Positions 36,103 through 50,190 of a stretch of 64,000 nt of DNA are shown piece by piece. The translations under genes were made by a program, and so were the position numbers. Within the stretch, counting starts at the first letter, position 1, and every line of letters starts with the position of its first letter. The notes under the pieces were generated by a model that made no database searches, had not been told where the DNA came from, and saw nothing but the letters and a program-made list of their open reading frames with translations. The stretch is taken from the NCBI GenBank assembly GCA_951406725.2, contig OX597815.1, positions 188,170,001 to 188,234,000 of the forward strand, read 5' to 3'. Source of the stretch: Octopus vulgaris (lineage: Eukaryota).

Positions 36103-37350
36103 TCAGGTCATTCCATAAGTTCTGTCCGATTTTACCTTTTTTAAAATTGAATGAAATTTAATAGTATTTTAGAATGTCTAATGGAATTAAAAATTATTTT
36201 TATGCATTTGTGTACATTTAAACTAATTAAATATTAATTTACAGAATAATAGAATTAAAAATTCTTTGATTAAAACCTTTTCTAACATGGAAGTATTCAA
36301 AGAGCATTTGTGGCACATAATGCTTTATGAGTACAAAAAATGAAACTCTGTAGCCGAAGTGACTCAAAATATACACTCGGTTTATGGGAAAGGATGCTTG
36401 AATGAAAAAAACTTGCAGAAGATGGTTTGCAAAATTCAGAAGTGGAGATTTCAGCCTTGAAGATGAAGATCAAACAGGACGTCCAGTTGAGTTTGATGAT
36501 AAGTTCCTTGAGGTATTACTTGAAGAAAATCCTGCATTATCAGTTGAAGAATTGGCAATAAAGCTTAGTTCAAACCATACAACTGTTCATCATCATCTTC
36601 AACAACTTGAAAAGGTTCCTAAACTTGGAAAACAGGTGCTTCATGAATTGTCCGAAAGCAACCACAAATCCTGAGTTGACATCTGCTCTTCTCATTTCAA
36701 CCTTTTTGTCTAGACTTGTGACTGGTGATTAGAAATGGATCTTCTATTGAAATGTTAAACGTCATAAACAGTGGCTTGGTAAAAGGGAAAAAGCTTAACC
36801 ACAACTGAGAAGGGAACTTCATGGGAAAAAGGTTCTTCTCTTTATCTGGTGGGATTGCAAAGAAGTAATTTACTTTGAATTGTTACTACCTAATGCAACA
36901 ATCAATGCTCAAGTCTACTGTCAGCAATAAGAGTGTTTGAACCAAGCTTTGAAGAAAAAAAGACCCAGTTTAGTGAATTGAAAAGGAGTGATGTTTCATC
37001 AGGACAATGTCTGACCCCATACTGCAAAGATCATATCACAGAAGATCAAAGAGCTTGGTTGGGAAAAAATTCCTCATCCACCTTATTCTCCCAACCTTGC
37101 TCCTTCAGACTACCATTTGTTTTGTTGTTTACAGAATCATTTGGGGGACATAACTTTCGCAAGCCAGGAGGAGGTCGAAACTGACATTTCAGAGTTTTTC
37201 GCTTTGAAACCAAAAGAGTTTTACATTGATGGGATTAAAAAGGAAGATAATCAGGGAAAGTACATTGATGATTAAATTTCAATTAAATATAACATTTGAT
37301 CACCTGTTTTCTTTATTCAAAATTTGAACAGAACTTATGGAATGACCTGA
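36103..37350 (+). mobile_element. Full-length mariner transposon (1248 bp), TA TSD
   Basis: TA|tcaggtcattccataagttctgtccgattt ... aatttgaacagaacttatggaatgacctga|TA. Confidence 0.95.
36287..37275 (+). pseudogene. Mariner DD34D transposase pseudogene
   Basis: MEVFKEHLWHIMLYEYKK*...RWFAKFRSGDFSLEDE..GRP...KLGKQVLHEL...VTGD*KW...IWWD...HQDNV*PH...PHPPYSPNLAPSDYHLF; multiple stops and frameshifts. Confidence 0.92.
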
Positions 37351-37799
37351 TAGTAACTTATGTGCAACGTTGACAGATGGAAACTGAGTTTCTGCTTTGT
37401 TTTTTGGACAAATTGTTGTGTGGTCAATTTGTTTGCATTATTTTGTTTTTTCCCTGGGCATGGTGTTCTTATACTTGTGTGCTGAGGTAGTTTGTCATTG
37501 GGGTAAAAGACAAATCCAAGGGAAACAAACATCAAAAAGATGCCACCCAAGAGTAACATTCCTTGATTCATTGATTCATTGTTTTAATCATGTGAATTCA
37601 TGAGAATCTTCACGAACTAAATGAGGGCGTGTTTTCCAAAATGGAGGCAAACACCTTTCCCCGTGTGATTGGCTTGAAAAATTGTTAAGACACTAGGATA
37701 TTTTCCTATTTTTCTTAACATGAAACCAATAGTAGCCTTAATTCACAAATAAAGAAATTTTATCCACCAATGTGGTGTTGAGCACTTATTTTCATCGGT

Positions 37800-37817
37800 C
37801 AACATTTATGTATGTGT

Positions 37818-37862
<45 letters not shown>

Positions 37863-38215
37863 TGAGTATGTGTGAGTGTATGTGTCTTTGTATCAATGCT
37901 TGTCCCTGACTACCCTTGACGACCAGCGATAGTGTGTTTATGTCCTGCTAAATTAGCAGTTCAGCAAAAAAGATCAATTTGGTCATTAGTTTTTCTCTCA
38001 TTCCTGCTCATCTTTGCACCTCCTCATTCCTCACCCTGTCCATCTGTGTCACGCCAACCATAGCCCACAAACATCTCATCTCAAACACATCTAATCGGAA
38101 AAAAATATAAGTGCCAGGTTTCAAAAGTGTGTCGATTTATTTGACTAAAATTCTTCATGGTGGTGCCCCAGCTTGGCCACAGTCTCATGACTGAAGCAAA
38201 TCAAAAGGTAGAAAA
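37800..38215 (+). mobile_element. 3' half of an old SINE A whose head lies at about 36006-36100
   Basis: (TG)n, degenerate A body and ggtggtgccccagcttggccacagtc tail; interrupted by an RTE fragment. Confidence 0.6.
37990..38098 (-). pseudogene. RTE ORF2 internal fragment
   Basis: Translates RLDVFEMRCLWAMVGVTQMDRVRNEEVQR, matching the RTE FEM.CLR...GV...D..RNEE pattern. Confidence 0.7.
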
Positions 38216-38973
38216 AGTAAGAAGATATGGAGAAAAAAAAATGATGTTCACCTACTGAAATCTTACGCTAGCATTCATATTTAACAAGACTCCATTCAAG
38301 ATTCACATTGAATATATGAACACTTTTAATACGAGCAGTATTGGATGTGTTGCTATTGAAAGGGTTAAAAGAATAGCTATCTGAAACTTAACAGTGATAA
38401 ATAACAGCAGGTAGAAAAGAAAGTTGTCAATATAGCCTTGTCAGTAAATGTGTTGAATATCAGAAGAAAGTTCAGTCTCTGTTAGCATAAGAGATTTCCA
38501 TTAGTTTATCCATTTGACATTGATTAGGAGTGTAAACTAAAGTGAAACATCCAACTGAGTCTACATCTCAAGCTTTAAGTCTTCAGACTACCAATTATCA
38601 AGGTTATTACGTAAGTTAAGTATGTTTTACTCCAGCCTAGAAAATGTTATCTATTTTTGGTATGTTTAAAATAAAACAAGCTAAATAATAGCAAGTTAAG
38701 AAAAATATAAGCGCTGAAATATTTTTGCCCTTTTCTCTCTTTTTTTATTCATATGTCAGTGTATTAGTTTCTCTCATGGGTAGTGAGAAGCCAATTTTTT
38801 TTTTATTTTACTAAAAAGCTGTTAGCATTACATTTACAAACATGTGGTTTTGAGTTCCAACCCAAAGCATGGAACCTTGGGCAAGTATCTTCTGTTACAG
38901 CAGTTTAAAGTTAAATAATGGCTTGTAAGGGAAATGTCGATTGACAAAAACTGTATGGTAGCCTGTCATATGC

Positions 38974-39038
<65 letters not shown>

Positions 39039-39042
39039 AATA

Positions 39043-39190
39043 TATATGGTGTGTTATGTGAATTTATGGAATGGTATCCTTTAAAACTCAACAAATTTGT
39101 TAAAAATGGAGAAGAGAAGATGTTAAAATTTAACAAAATTGTTGAGTTTTATGGGATACCATCCCATAAATTCATATAACACACCATATA
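39043..39190. repeat. Fold-back with arms of about 60 bp, following (TA)n
   Basis: tatatggtgtgttatgtgaatttatggaatggtatcc pairs with ggataccatcccataaattcatataacacaccatata. Confidence 0.85.
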
Positions 39191-39543
39191 CAAGTATTAT
39201 TTTCATATTCGCAAACTTATGTCAGTAAGCTACCAGCAAAATATAAAGAATCTAAATTAGAAATTGGTTTTTGGATTCTTCCAGATCAAAGGATGAAATA
39301 TAATTCAACCTTTTCACACACACACACACACACATACATACACATAATTATAGGATTCAATAGAATCTAGGCACATCAGCACATAAGATGCCAGAAATGG
39401 CTAGGTTCAGTAATATAGAGTTCACAGTGAGGTAAGCAACTTGTCAGCCCGTGGATATTGTAAAGGATGTCAACTGACGACTTCCACACAGTAGGACCAA
39501 ACTGTGTGGTTCTGAAATGAACACGCAACCATGCCTGCACCTT

Positions 39544-39553
39544 GTCTATCTAA

Positions 39554-39595
<42 letters not shown>

Positions 39596-39720
39596 GTCTG
39601 TCTGTCTGTCTGTCTCTGTATCTATCTCTCTGTCTGTCTATCTATCTGTCTATTTATCTATCTATCTCTCTATCTATCTATTTATCTCTCTATCTCTCTG
39701 TCTCTCTGTCTCTCTCTCTG
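39544..39720. repeat. (TCTA)/(TCTG)n microsatellite
   Basis: Direct reading. Confidence 0.95.
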
Positions 39721-41388
39721 TATTCAGGCATTGGACTAATTGCTTTGTACCGAGTTCAAATCATGTTGGGTTCAGTTTTATTTTTCATCCTTTCAAGGGT
39801 CAATAAATAAGCTATCAGTTTTGCACTATGATCAATTCTTCTTTTTCCCTATCACTTTTTCTTTTTTTTTCTATCTGTCTTTTTTTTTTCTTCTAGGGGT
39901 AACTGATTTGACTGTGGTCCAAAGTGCCTAAGATGTGCTGTATGTCACTCTACCACCTCTACATCTCATTGATGGATTTAATGGCCAACAATATCACACA
40001 CACACACACGCACACACACACGCACACACACACGCACACACACACACTCATGTAGTTCATGTCTTTCATAAACCAAATGACCAGCGGCAGTTCAATAAGT
40101 GAAGGTATGAAATATATTACTTTTATTTGCAAACAGATGTTGGCATCAAGAAGGACGCGTGTCCATAGAATACTCTCTCAGTAACCTTTATCCGATCCAT
40201 ACTGGCATAGGAAAACAATGATGATGATGATGATGATGAGGATGATGATGAGGAGGCGGAGTTGATCTGACACCTAGATTAACTGTTCACTCTACACATT
40301 TTATGCTTACTTGACCCCATTTTGAAATATCCCTCTCCTTTTCTATATATGTCATTCAAATCATAATTCATCAAATTTTTGCCTCCTCTAGACAGGCTTG
40401 GGTTTTATTCTAGAGAAATTGCGTGTATCTCTGTGTGTGTGTGTGTGTGTATGTGTGTGTGTATGCGTGGCTTTATGCTTTTACAAGGGCATTAGCAATA
40501 TAAATGAAATGAAATGGTGGCACCACAAATCTTTCAGCTATATTGCAAAAAGAAAAAAAAAACACAAAGTATTTTTTTTCCTCTTTTTTTGTTCCGTTCT
40601 TTCATTCCAGTTCCCATCCATACATTTTCGTATTAATGCTCTTTCCATTTTATTATATCTTCTCCGTTCCTTTTTCACTTGTGCGAGTTCTTTCTCCTTT
40701 CATTTGCTGTTTATTTAGTTTTGTTTTTCATTTAATACTCTTCCCTATTGCTCTTATATGTCTGAATAACCACTTGTATAAAAAAAAAGAACATATTTTC
40801 ATTTTGCAAGCTTTCTGCTTGGTCTGCCTGACAAAAGACTTCTCTCTCTCTCACTCTCATCATTCACAGAGTGCACTCTAATCTCTAATTATTTCTTTCT
40901 ACTTAGAAACTAACAAGGGAAAAAGTGTTGAAAGTTGTTATCAGAAGATGGAGGAGTTTGAATTTTAGTGTTATTCCACATGTGTTTGACCCATCAATCT
41001 CCCATTTGTTTCTTATGCTCTCTCTTAAATAATACACAATAATGAGAGGACTGATTGTCTCTGCAAGATTTTAAGTTGAATACGGACAGGATGAAAGAAA
41101 TTTTGCAGCAATTTTTAAATCTTTGATCTTGCTTTTTTAATTCTCAGCCAAAAAATTGAAAACTAGTGTAAACCTAAATGTTTTATTATAAATGCAAAAA
41201 AAGGAAAACCAAAATTTGAAAATTGTACTTATTTAATTTGGAGTCATGTATTGAAACGAAAGCTGATTGCGAAGTGAAAAAAAACATTTTAACCATGTAA
41301 AAATATACAAAAATTGTTAAATTCACTTTTAATTGACTTCTTGAGGTGTTAAGATTCTGGAGTTTTTGTATTTTTTTTAATGGCTAAA

Positions 41389-41694
41389 ATCATCATCATC
41401 ATCATCATTATTTAACATCTGTTTTCCATGCTGGCATGGGTTGAATGGTTCGACTGGGGTCTAGGAAGCCAGGAGGCTGCACCAGGCCCCAATCTGATCA
41501 TGCAGTGTTTCTACAGCTGGATGCCCTTCCTAACACCAACCACTCCGAGAGTGTAGTGGGTGCTTTTTATGTGCCACCGGCATAGGGGGCCACAGGAGCT
41601 GGCATCGACCATGATCACATGGTGCTTTTTATATGTCACCGGCATAGAAGCCAGTCAAAGTGGCACTGGCATTGACCATGTTTGGATGGTGCTT
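41389..41694 (-). mobile_element. Family D (RTE 3' end)
   Basis: (CAT)n followed by the D sequence. Confidence 0.85.
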
Positions 41695-42467
41695 CAAAAA
41701 GTTATCTTTCCTATTTTTCACAAACTTCTTTGATTCTGTCTTGGATTTTCAACTCAATCCTTCATTTTCTACTAAGCTGTACATTAATCTTTTCAGTCAA
41801 AGACCAAACAGAATGTCTTTTTCTGTGCTCCTGTGCTATATTAGAATATGCAGAGTGAAAGGTTGGTAGAATTAATAGCTCAGCAGACTTACAATTCCAC
41901 ATTCTGAGTTCAAATTCCACCAAGGTTCATCATCATCATCATCATTATTCTTATTAAGTTGGAACACCAGGCAAAATGCTCTTTGTCTGTCTTTACATTC
42001 TGAGTTCAAACTCTGCCATGGTCGACTTTTCCTTTTATCCTTTTGGGATAAAAAAAAAAGTCCCAATGGAGTGCTGGGGTCAATATAATCAACTAGCCCT
42101 CTACCCCAAATTTCAGGCTTTGTACCTATAGCAGAATGGATTATTATTATTACTATTATTATTGCTAAATATAGACCTGTGAGTCAGAGAAAGGGAATTG
42201 GAGGGGCTCTTGCCCTTGGTGTTCAGGGATCTTGGACAGTAGGATTCCTAGATTATCCCTAGAGGAGCTCCTGTATCAGGAGGACTACATCATTATCATT
42301 TCTTTTCCTTTTTTTTAACCTTTGTGTAATTCTGTATATTTCTTTTTTATTGTACACCATATATACTTTTTTTTTGTTATTTATATATCTAATCATTTCA
42401 TTATATGTAACCCACCACACTTCATTGTCCCTCTCATCCTTCACCCTGGTGGCAAATAAAAGAAATC

Positions 42468-42529
42468 ATTGTTATTATTATTGTTATTATTATTGTTATT
42501 ATTATTACTATTATTATTGTTATTATTAT

Positions 42530-42562
<33 letters not shown>

Positions 42563-42612
42563 TATTATTATTATTATTATTGTTATTAATATTGTTATTA
42601 TTATTGTTGTTG

Positions 42613-42670
<58 letters not shown>

Positions 42671-42675
42671 CATTA

Positions 42676-42731
<56 letters not shown>
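42468..42731. repeat. (TTA)n microsatellite
   Basis: Direct reading. Confidence 0.95.
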
Positions 42732-42764
42732 GTACTCTTTTGACTTGCTGATTATACCAGGTGT

Positions 42765-42875
42765 TTCCAGCTTCATATCCCCATTTCTGGTACAGTTTCC
42801 AGTGTATAACTTTTACAATCTGGTGGTGCTTCCATTACTTATATTCTTTCTGTGCCAACTTGGGACATTCTGCCA
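42765..42875 (-). pseudogene. Dong/R4 fragment
   Basis: Translates LAECPKLAQKEYK*WKHHQIVKVIHWKLYQKWG (C..LA..EY..RH...IHW motif after the zinc knuckle), between TAA-type tracts. Confidence 0.7.
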
Positions 42876-42906
<31 letters not shown>

Positions 42907-43220
42907 GGGCTGATAGCTACCTAACTCAGATACCAGGAAACCCCAAAATGGTAGAAATTCAAAAGATAGTGCTCATGGGAATTGCTCATATCCTACGCAA
43001 AATACTTTCTATGTAATCTCAAGTTTTAAAACAAACATAACTTTCGTTTTTTTTTTTTTAGGCATTCACTAGTACAACACTAAATACAAAACCAAATATA
43101 TGGCACACTAGGCATAACAACAATACGAACTTCCAACCTGTTGCCTCTTGAGGTCTCTGGGTGAGACTTGGAGCCAACTTGTACAAATATAAAGCAAAAG
43201 TCAAACATAGAATAATAATA
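42907..43220 (+). mobile_element. Dong/R4 3' end
   Basis: Translates ADSYLTQIPGNPKMVEIQKIVLMGIAHILRKILSM*, followed by a 3' UTR; (TAA)n at both ends. Confidence 0.7.
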
Positions 43221-43247
43221 AAAATAACTTATTGGAAGTGTTATCTT

Positions 43248-43778
43248 AACTGACTGGAAGTGTTATCATGTACATTGTTTTGTCTTGGTATAAAAGATGG
43301 GCTACAGCAAATATTCTGCTCAATATCACAGATTTGCTTGTCAGTTGCTTGACCTTAACCAGTTGAGCATGTCCCTTAGTGGTTAACAGTATGTGCATCT
43401 CTGATCATGAGCAGAAGTAGTCAGGGAGCATCATAGCCATGTGTTGAGATGGATTCTTTGGGATTTGAATAATTCACCTCTGTAAACATGGGTGTTTCGT
43501 TCAACATCCTTAAACACCCCTTATTCAGAGACCTTTTGAGTGGGATGGGTTACTTGACAAGAAGAAAATTCTAACTGGGCCCCACCTGCAAGGTCATGTG
43601 CTGTTTATCCTGATATGAGATCACCATGTCACGCACATATGGTTGTGATGCATGTGCCTAGTGTACCCTTATGAGACAGGTAGTCATGATGGGTATACTG
43701 GGCTTTGTATAATTGTACTCTAGTGTCACTTTGATGGCATGTACTGCTCTGTCACTCAATAATAATAATAATAATAAA
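43248..43778 (+). mobile_element. Unclassified repeat-like segment ending in (TAA)n
   Basis: Higher-complexity block ending cactc(aat)n inside the Dong cluster; only one copy here. Confidence 0.3.
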
Positions 43779-43959
43779 TACCTTGTGGTATTTCTTCCTG
43801 CTCTTTATGTTCTGAGTTCAAATCTCACTGAGGTCAACTTGATGTTTCATCCTTTTGGGATTGATAAAATAACGTATCAGACAAACATAGAGTTTGCTGT
43901 AATTGAATAATTCCCTCACACCAAAACTGCTGGCCTTGTGCCAAGGTTAGAAATAATAA

Positions 43960-44495
43960 TGTTATTATTATTATTATTTTGGTTTGGCTTAGGTCTGGTC
44001 TTATTCCTGGTAGGAATTATGTAGATAGTTGGTTACTACCTGTAACCTTAGGTATCCACAAGTTTTCAGCAATCTCTCAAGTGCTTAGAACCCTCCTGAT
44101 AATCCTTGCTGTCCCTAAGAGACAAACTTTCTGTAGGAGTTCTACCAGGCATTCTATTCCAATCTCCCTCAGCCATTTGTCTATATCTTGGCTTACTGTT
44201 CCCAAAGCACCAATTATTATAGGCACGATCTTTACTCTTCACATGCTCCAAATTCTTCCTATTTGAAACTTTAAGGGATCGCATTTTTTTTTTTTGGTTT
44301 TCTTCCACTTTATTTACAATCCTGGAATCAAATGGGCATTAGTAAGCAATTAGTAAGAAATTAGATTAGTAAGCAATTTTGCTTTTCCTTACCTATAATC
44401 ACTATGTAACGTCTCTTATTTTCTAATTTCTCACCTGTTTGAATAAGAAAGTTCCACAAAATCTTACATTTCTCCGACACCAGTACTCTTGACTA
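43960..44495 (-). pseudogene. Dong/R4 endonuclease-domain remnant with (TAA)n tail
   Basis: Translates CKILWNFLIQT...PFDSRI...VPIIIGALGTVS...LLQKVCLLGTARIIRRVL. Confidence 0.75.
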
Positions 44496-44734
44496 TTGGA
44501 AAGGTCGCAAGATGCAACAAAAATTTTAGGAAAATAAAAATAAGGAATAAGTGGAAATTTTACTGGTGAGTGTGTTAAATTATAAGAAAATGACTCTCCC
44601 CAGACAAAACAGAATATCCTTCAACACACAAACTCACATAAAGAATCTTGCAAACCAAATCAAAAAACGAAATATATATATCTGTGTATGTATATATATA
44701 TATATATATTTGTGTGTATGTGTTTGTATCTGTG

Positions 44735-44742
44735 TCTGTCTG

Positions 44743-44794
<52 letters not shown>

Positions 44795-44949
44795 CCTACC
44801 TACCTACCAGTCTGTCTGTCTGTCTGTCTGTCCGTCTGTCCATCCATCCATCCATCCATCCATCCACCCATCCATCCATCCATCCATCCATCCATCCACC
44901 CATCCACCCATCCATCCATCCATCCATCCATCCATCCATCCATCCATCC

Positions 44950-44987
<38 letters not shown>

Positions 44988-45022
44988 ATCTATCTATCTA
45001 TCTATCATCATCATCATCATCG
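44735..45022. repeat. Compound (TCTA)/(TCCA)n microsatellite
   Basis: Direct reading. Confidence 0.95.
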
Positions 45023-45092
45023 TTTAACGTCCGTCTTCCGCGCTAGCACGGGTTATCTATCTATATATCTATATCTATATATATATATATAA

Positions 45093-45312
45093 TCTTTTAT
45101 TCTTCAGTCATTTGACTGTAGCCATGCTGGAGCACCACCTTTAGTCAAACAAATCAATGCCAAGACTTAGTCTTTGTAAGCCTGGTACTTATTCTATAGG
45201 TTTCTTAGGCCAAACTGCTAAAGTACGGGAACATAAACACACCAACATCAGTTGTCAAGCGATGGTGGGGAACAAGCACAGACACAGAAATACATACACA
45301 CACATGTATATT

Positions 45313-45344
<32 letters not shown>

Positions 45345-45464
45345 CGGCGGGCTTCTTTCAGTTTCCATCTACCAAATCCACTCACAAGGCTTTGGTTGGC
45401 CTGAGGCTATTACTAGAAGACACTTGCCCAAGGTGACATGCAGTGGGACTGAACCTGGAACCAT
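45093..45464 (-). mobile_element. SINE family A, head truncated
   Basis: Reverse A body. Confidence 0.85.
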
Positions 45465-45928
45465 AAGAGTTCTATGACTAAATAAGTCTGAGAACTACTG
45501 CTTTACTGTATCTATTTCTGAGTGTTCTGGAGCCAACATTGTCTTTGTTATGGAGGGATCAATAAAACAAGGTACCACTCAAATACCGAAGTTTATCCAG
45601 TTTATTCTTTTCCCCACCCAATATCTTTCGACTTTGTACCTTTTGTTAAAAGCCATTATTATTCTGTTTCACAGTGCTTTACCCAGTTATTGTGACAAAT
45701 TCAACAGTCCATTGATCCAGTCACTCTCTGCAGCCTTGTGTAGAACTGTAAAAAGCTTCCTAAGTCTTAAGAATCCTCTGTAAAGGGTCAGTGTTTAGTT
45801 TCAGTGTTCAGCCTTTTTTTGTTTTGTTTTTCTTCATGATGCAAGATGCATTTTTCCCCTGTTTAGGAAGTTAATAGATTACAGGCATCGTTATTCTCAG
45901 ATGTCAGTTGTTACCACCACCAACATCA

Positions 45929-46714
<786 letters not shown>

Positions 46715-46996
46715 ATGAACTCTACTTCGCTTTATTTCCTGTTGCCTCTCCTTATCTGATTCATACAAGACCTTATTTATTAGTCATTCATAATGATATT
46801 CTTTCCATATATTTTTCTTAGAGTCACTGAATGAACTTTTTCGCACACTTTTTTTTACAAAGCAAATATGATTTCTTCTCATAAAATGTCTCTTTTTTTT
46901 CTGTTTTTGGGAGGAAAAAAAATCTGTGACTGTTCATCCTTCTCACATTTATCTTCCGTCCTTTCTCTTCTTCTTTCTATCTAACACGTCCTCACA

Positions 46997-47051
<55 letters not shown>

Positions 47052-47357
47052 TCATCAAGAAATGTTCTTACTTGTTTCTCCATTTCTTGAAGTCTTGTCT
47101 TTATGATCTCATCTTATATCTGTTTATTTATTCTCTATCATCTTTTATTTCGAAACAAAACATGGAAACGGTACTCAGGAAAATGCACGCACAAACACAC
47201 AAACATATATAGGCATACACGTCCATAGTGATGGACACATAAACGCATGCTGGCACTCGCTCCTCCTCTGCCTCCCCCCTCCTCCTCCCCTATAGCTTAA
47301 TTAGGTTTAAATTTTATTTGTGAAATACAGTTTTGAATTTGCTGTAGAAAGTGGTCA

Positions 47358-47516
47358 TAGGTGTAGGAGTGGCTGTGTGGTAAGTAGCTTGCTTACGAAC
47401 CGCATGGTTCCGGTTTCAGTCCCACTGTGTGGTACCTTGGCCAAGTGTCTTTCTACTATAGCCTCAGGCTGACCAAAGCCTTGTAAGTGGATTTGGTAGA
47501 CGGAAACTGAAAGAAG
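47358..47516 (+). mobile_element. SINE A, 5' half
   Basis: Head up to ggaaactgaaagaag. Confidence 0.85.
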
Positions 47517-47849
47517 GTAAGGGGTCACTAGGAATGTGGCCTGAGTGCCAAAGGGGCAGTAGCCTGAAAAAGTTTGGGAACTAATGCTTTAATCTATCAG
47601 CCCTAAAAGAACAGAAAGCAAAGCTGACCTCAGCAGGATTTGAACTAGGAGCTTACACAGTCAGGATAGATACTACAAAGCTCAAGTGGGTCCTTTGCTC
47701 AAATGGGTCTATCTATTCACTACTGAGAAATAACAACCAAATTCCTTTAAATGATACTATATAAGGTGGATAGTCATGATTGGAATGCTTTCTGATTTTA
47801 AAACTCTGCACGACCAGATCTGGCCTGGAGGCTAAGCAACTACAGTAAC

Positions 47850-48097
47850 AAGAAGAAGAAGAAGGAGGAGGAGGAGAAGGAGGAGAAGAAGAATAAGAAT
47901 AAGAAGAGGAAGTAGGAGCAGGAGAAGAAGAAGAAGAAGAAGAAGAGGAAGTAGGAGCAGGAGAAGAAGAAGAAGAAGAAGAGGAAGTAGGAGCAGGAGA
48001 AGGAGGAGAAGCAGAAGAAGAAGAAGAGGAAGGAGCAGGAGGAGAAGAAGAAGAAGAAGAAGAAGAAGAAGAGGAAGGGGCAGGAGGAGGAGAAGAA

Positions 48098-48128
<31 letters not shown>

Positions 48129-48238
48129 GGGCAGGAGGAGAAGGAGAAGAAGAAGAAGAAGAGGAAAGAGGAGCAGGAGGTGGAGAAGAAGAAGAAGAGG
48201 AAGAAGCAGAGGAACAAGTGGAAGAAGAAGAGGAAGAA
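47850..48238. repeat. Purine-rich (GAA/GGA)n with a higher-order gaggaagtaggagcaggagaa unit
   Basis: Direct reading. Confidence 0.9.
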
Positions 48239-48736
48239 CAACATATGTTTGATAAGTTAGAAACCATGTTGGTATCTTCATAATGCAAAGTTACATACAT
48301 TTTACTCAGTCTGAATCTGAAAGTTAAAAGTGAAACTGAGGAAATTGAAATAAAAAACAATATATTCATAAATGCGTTACAGAAATGCATTTGCAACAGT
48401 GTGGAAATTATTTTATTGAAAGATATCAATATTTAGAATTTTGGTTAACAAAATCTTTGGTGTTTGGCTGATAAATATTTCATTAACAGACCTTTAAACT
48501 GATTCTCTTTCAGAATTGCTTTGACTTGTTGCAATTTAGTAGAAGCAAAATATTCTTCAAAAAGCTTTGTCTAAGCAGAAAAAGAAAGCAAAAATCAAAT
48601 ATATAAATATATTAAAATAACAGAGTATGTGCTATTTACCAACATTACATCATTTCTGTGTGAGTTAACTACTATAGATATGCATATTTTAGAGCGCTAA
48701 CCATTTCTTGAAAGAATGATTCCATATTGTGTTCTA

Positions 48737-49685
48737 AGGTGGTGAGTTGGCAGAGCCGTTAGAGTCCAGATAGAATGATTGGCACGATTGGCAGAATATG
48801 TCATGGTTCTAAGGCAGCGAGCTGGCAGAAACGTTAGCACGGTGGGCAAAATGCTTAGCTGCATTTCGTCTGTCTTTACGTTCTGAGTTAAAATTCTGCT
48901 GAGGTCGACTTTGCCTTTCATCCTTTCAGGGTCGATAAATTAAGTACCAGTTACGCACTGGAGTCGATGTATATTTCTTTACTAACCACAAGGGGCTAAA
49001 CATAGAGGAGACAAACAAGGACAGACAAAGGAATTAAGTCGATTATATCGACCCCAGTGCGTAACTGGTACTTTATTTATCGACCCCGAAAGGATGAAAG
49101 GCAAAGTCAACCTTGGCGGAATTTGAACTCGGAATGTAACGACAGACGAAATACGACTGCGCATTTCGCCTGGCGTGCTAGCGTTTCTGCCAGCTCGCCA
49201 CTCTGGGGTCGATATAATCAACTTAATCCATTTGTCTGTACTTGTTTGTCCTCTCTGTGTTTATTTCCTTGTGGGTGGTAAAGAAATAGATATTTCATCT
49301 GTCTTTACGTTCTGAGTTAAAATTCTGCTGAGGTCGACTTTGCTTTTCAGTCTTTCGGGTTGATAAATTAAGTACCAGTTGCATGCTGGGGTTGATCTAA
49401 TTGACTGGTCCCTCCCCCAAAATTTTGGGCCTTGTGCCGAGAGTAGAAAAGAATATGACACTAGGGTAAGGCAGTGAGCTGGCAGAAACATTAGCACGCT
49501 GGGGGAAATGCTTAGCGGTATTTTGTCTGTCTTTATGTTCTGAGTTCAAATTTTGCTAAGGTCGACTTTGCCATTCATCCTTTTGGGGTTGATTAAATAA
49601 GTACCAGTTGTGTACTGGGGTCAATCTAATTGACTGCTCCCCCCCCTCTCCAAACATTTCAGGCCTTGTGCCTAGAGTAAAAAAA
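48737..49685. mobile_element. Nested cluster of SINE B copies in both orientations
   Basis: Plus-strand B from 48811 is interrupted by a minus-strand B (about 48972-49200), resumes at 49203-49455, and is followed by another plus-strand B at 49468-49685. Confidence 0.85.
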
Positions 49686-49869
49686 AATAATATCATGGTT
49701 CTCTGCAGGCTGAGGTCAACCTTGATATGCATGTTTGTTTTCTAAGAATTTATAAATGATGTAATGGAGTGGGTGGGTGGGTGGATACTTTCCTCCCTCT
49801 CTCTCTCTCTCTCTCTTTCTCACACATACACACTTTTTCAGGAAAACTGACAACTTAGTATCTTGGTTT

Positions 49870-50190
49870 TCTGCTAAGAAACTTGCTAAGAAACTTGCAT
49901 GTGGTTCTGGGTTCAGACCCATTGTGTGGCACCTTGGGCATGTGGCTTTTATCATAGCCTTGGGTGATTAGTTTTAGTAGTAGACCTGTGAGTAGTTTTA
50001 GTAAATGGAAACTGAAAATAGCTCATCATATATATGTATATATGTGTATGTCTTTGTGTCTGTATTTGTCCCCCATCACAACTTGACAACTGATGTTGGT
50101 TTGTTTACATTCACATAACTTCTTAAAGCTTGAGTGAATAGGTTCCGGTCTTAAAATATTGATACTGGGATCGATTCACTCAACAAAAAC
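49870..50190 (+). mobile_element. Degenerate SINE A
   Basis: Recognisable A head and body. Confidence 0.7.

Noticed and set aside
47713-48429. 238-aa Ser/Pro-rich ORF, the longest in the track
   Set aside because: Stays open only because of the GAA/GGA low-complexity tract; the flanks are not protein-like.
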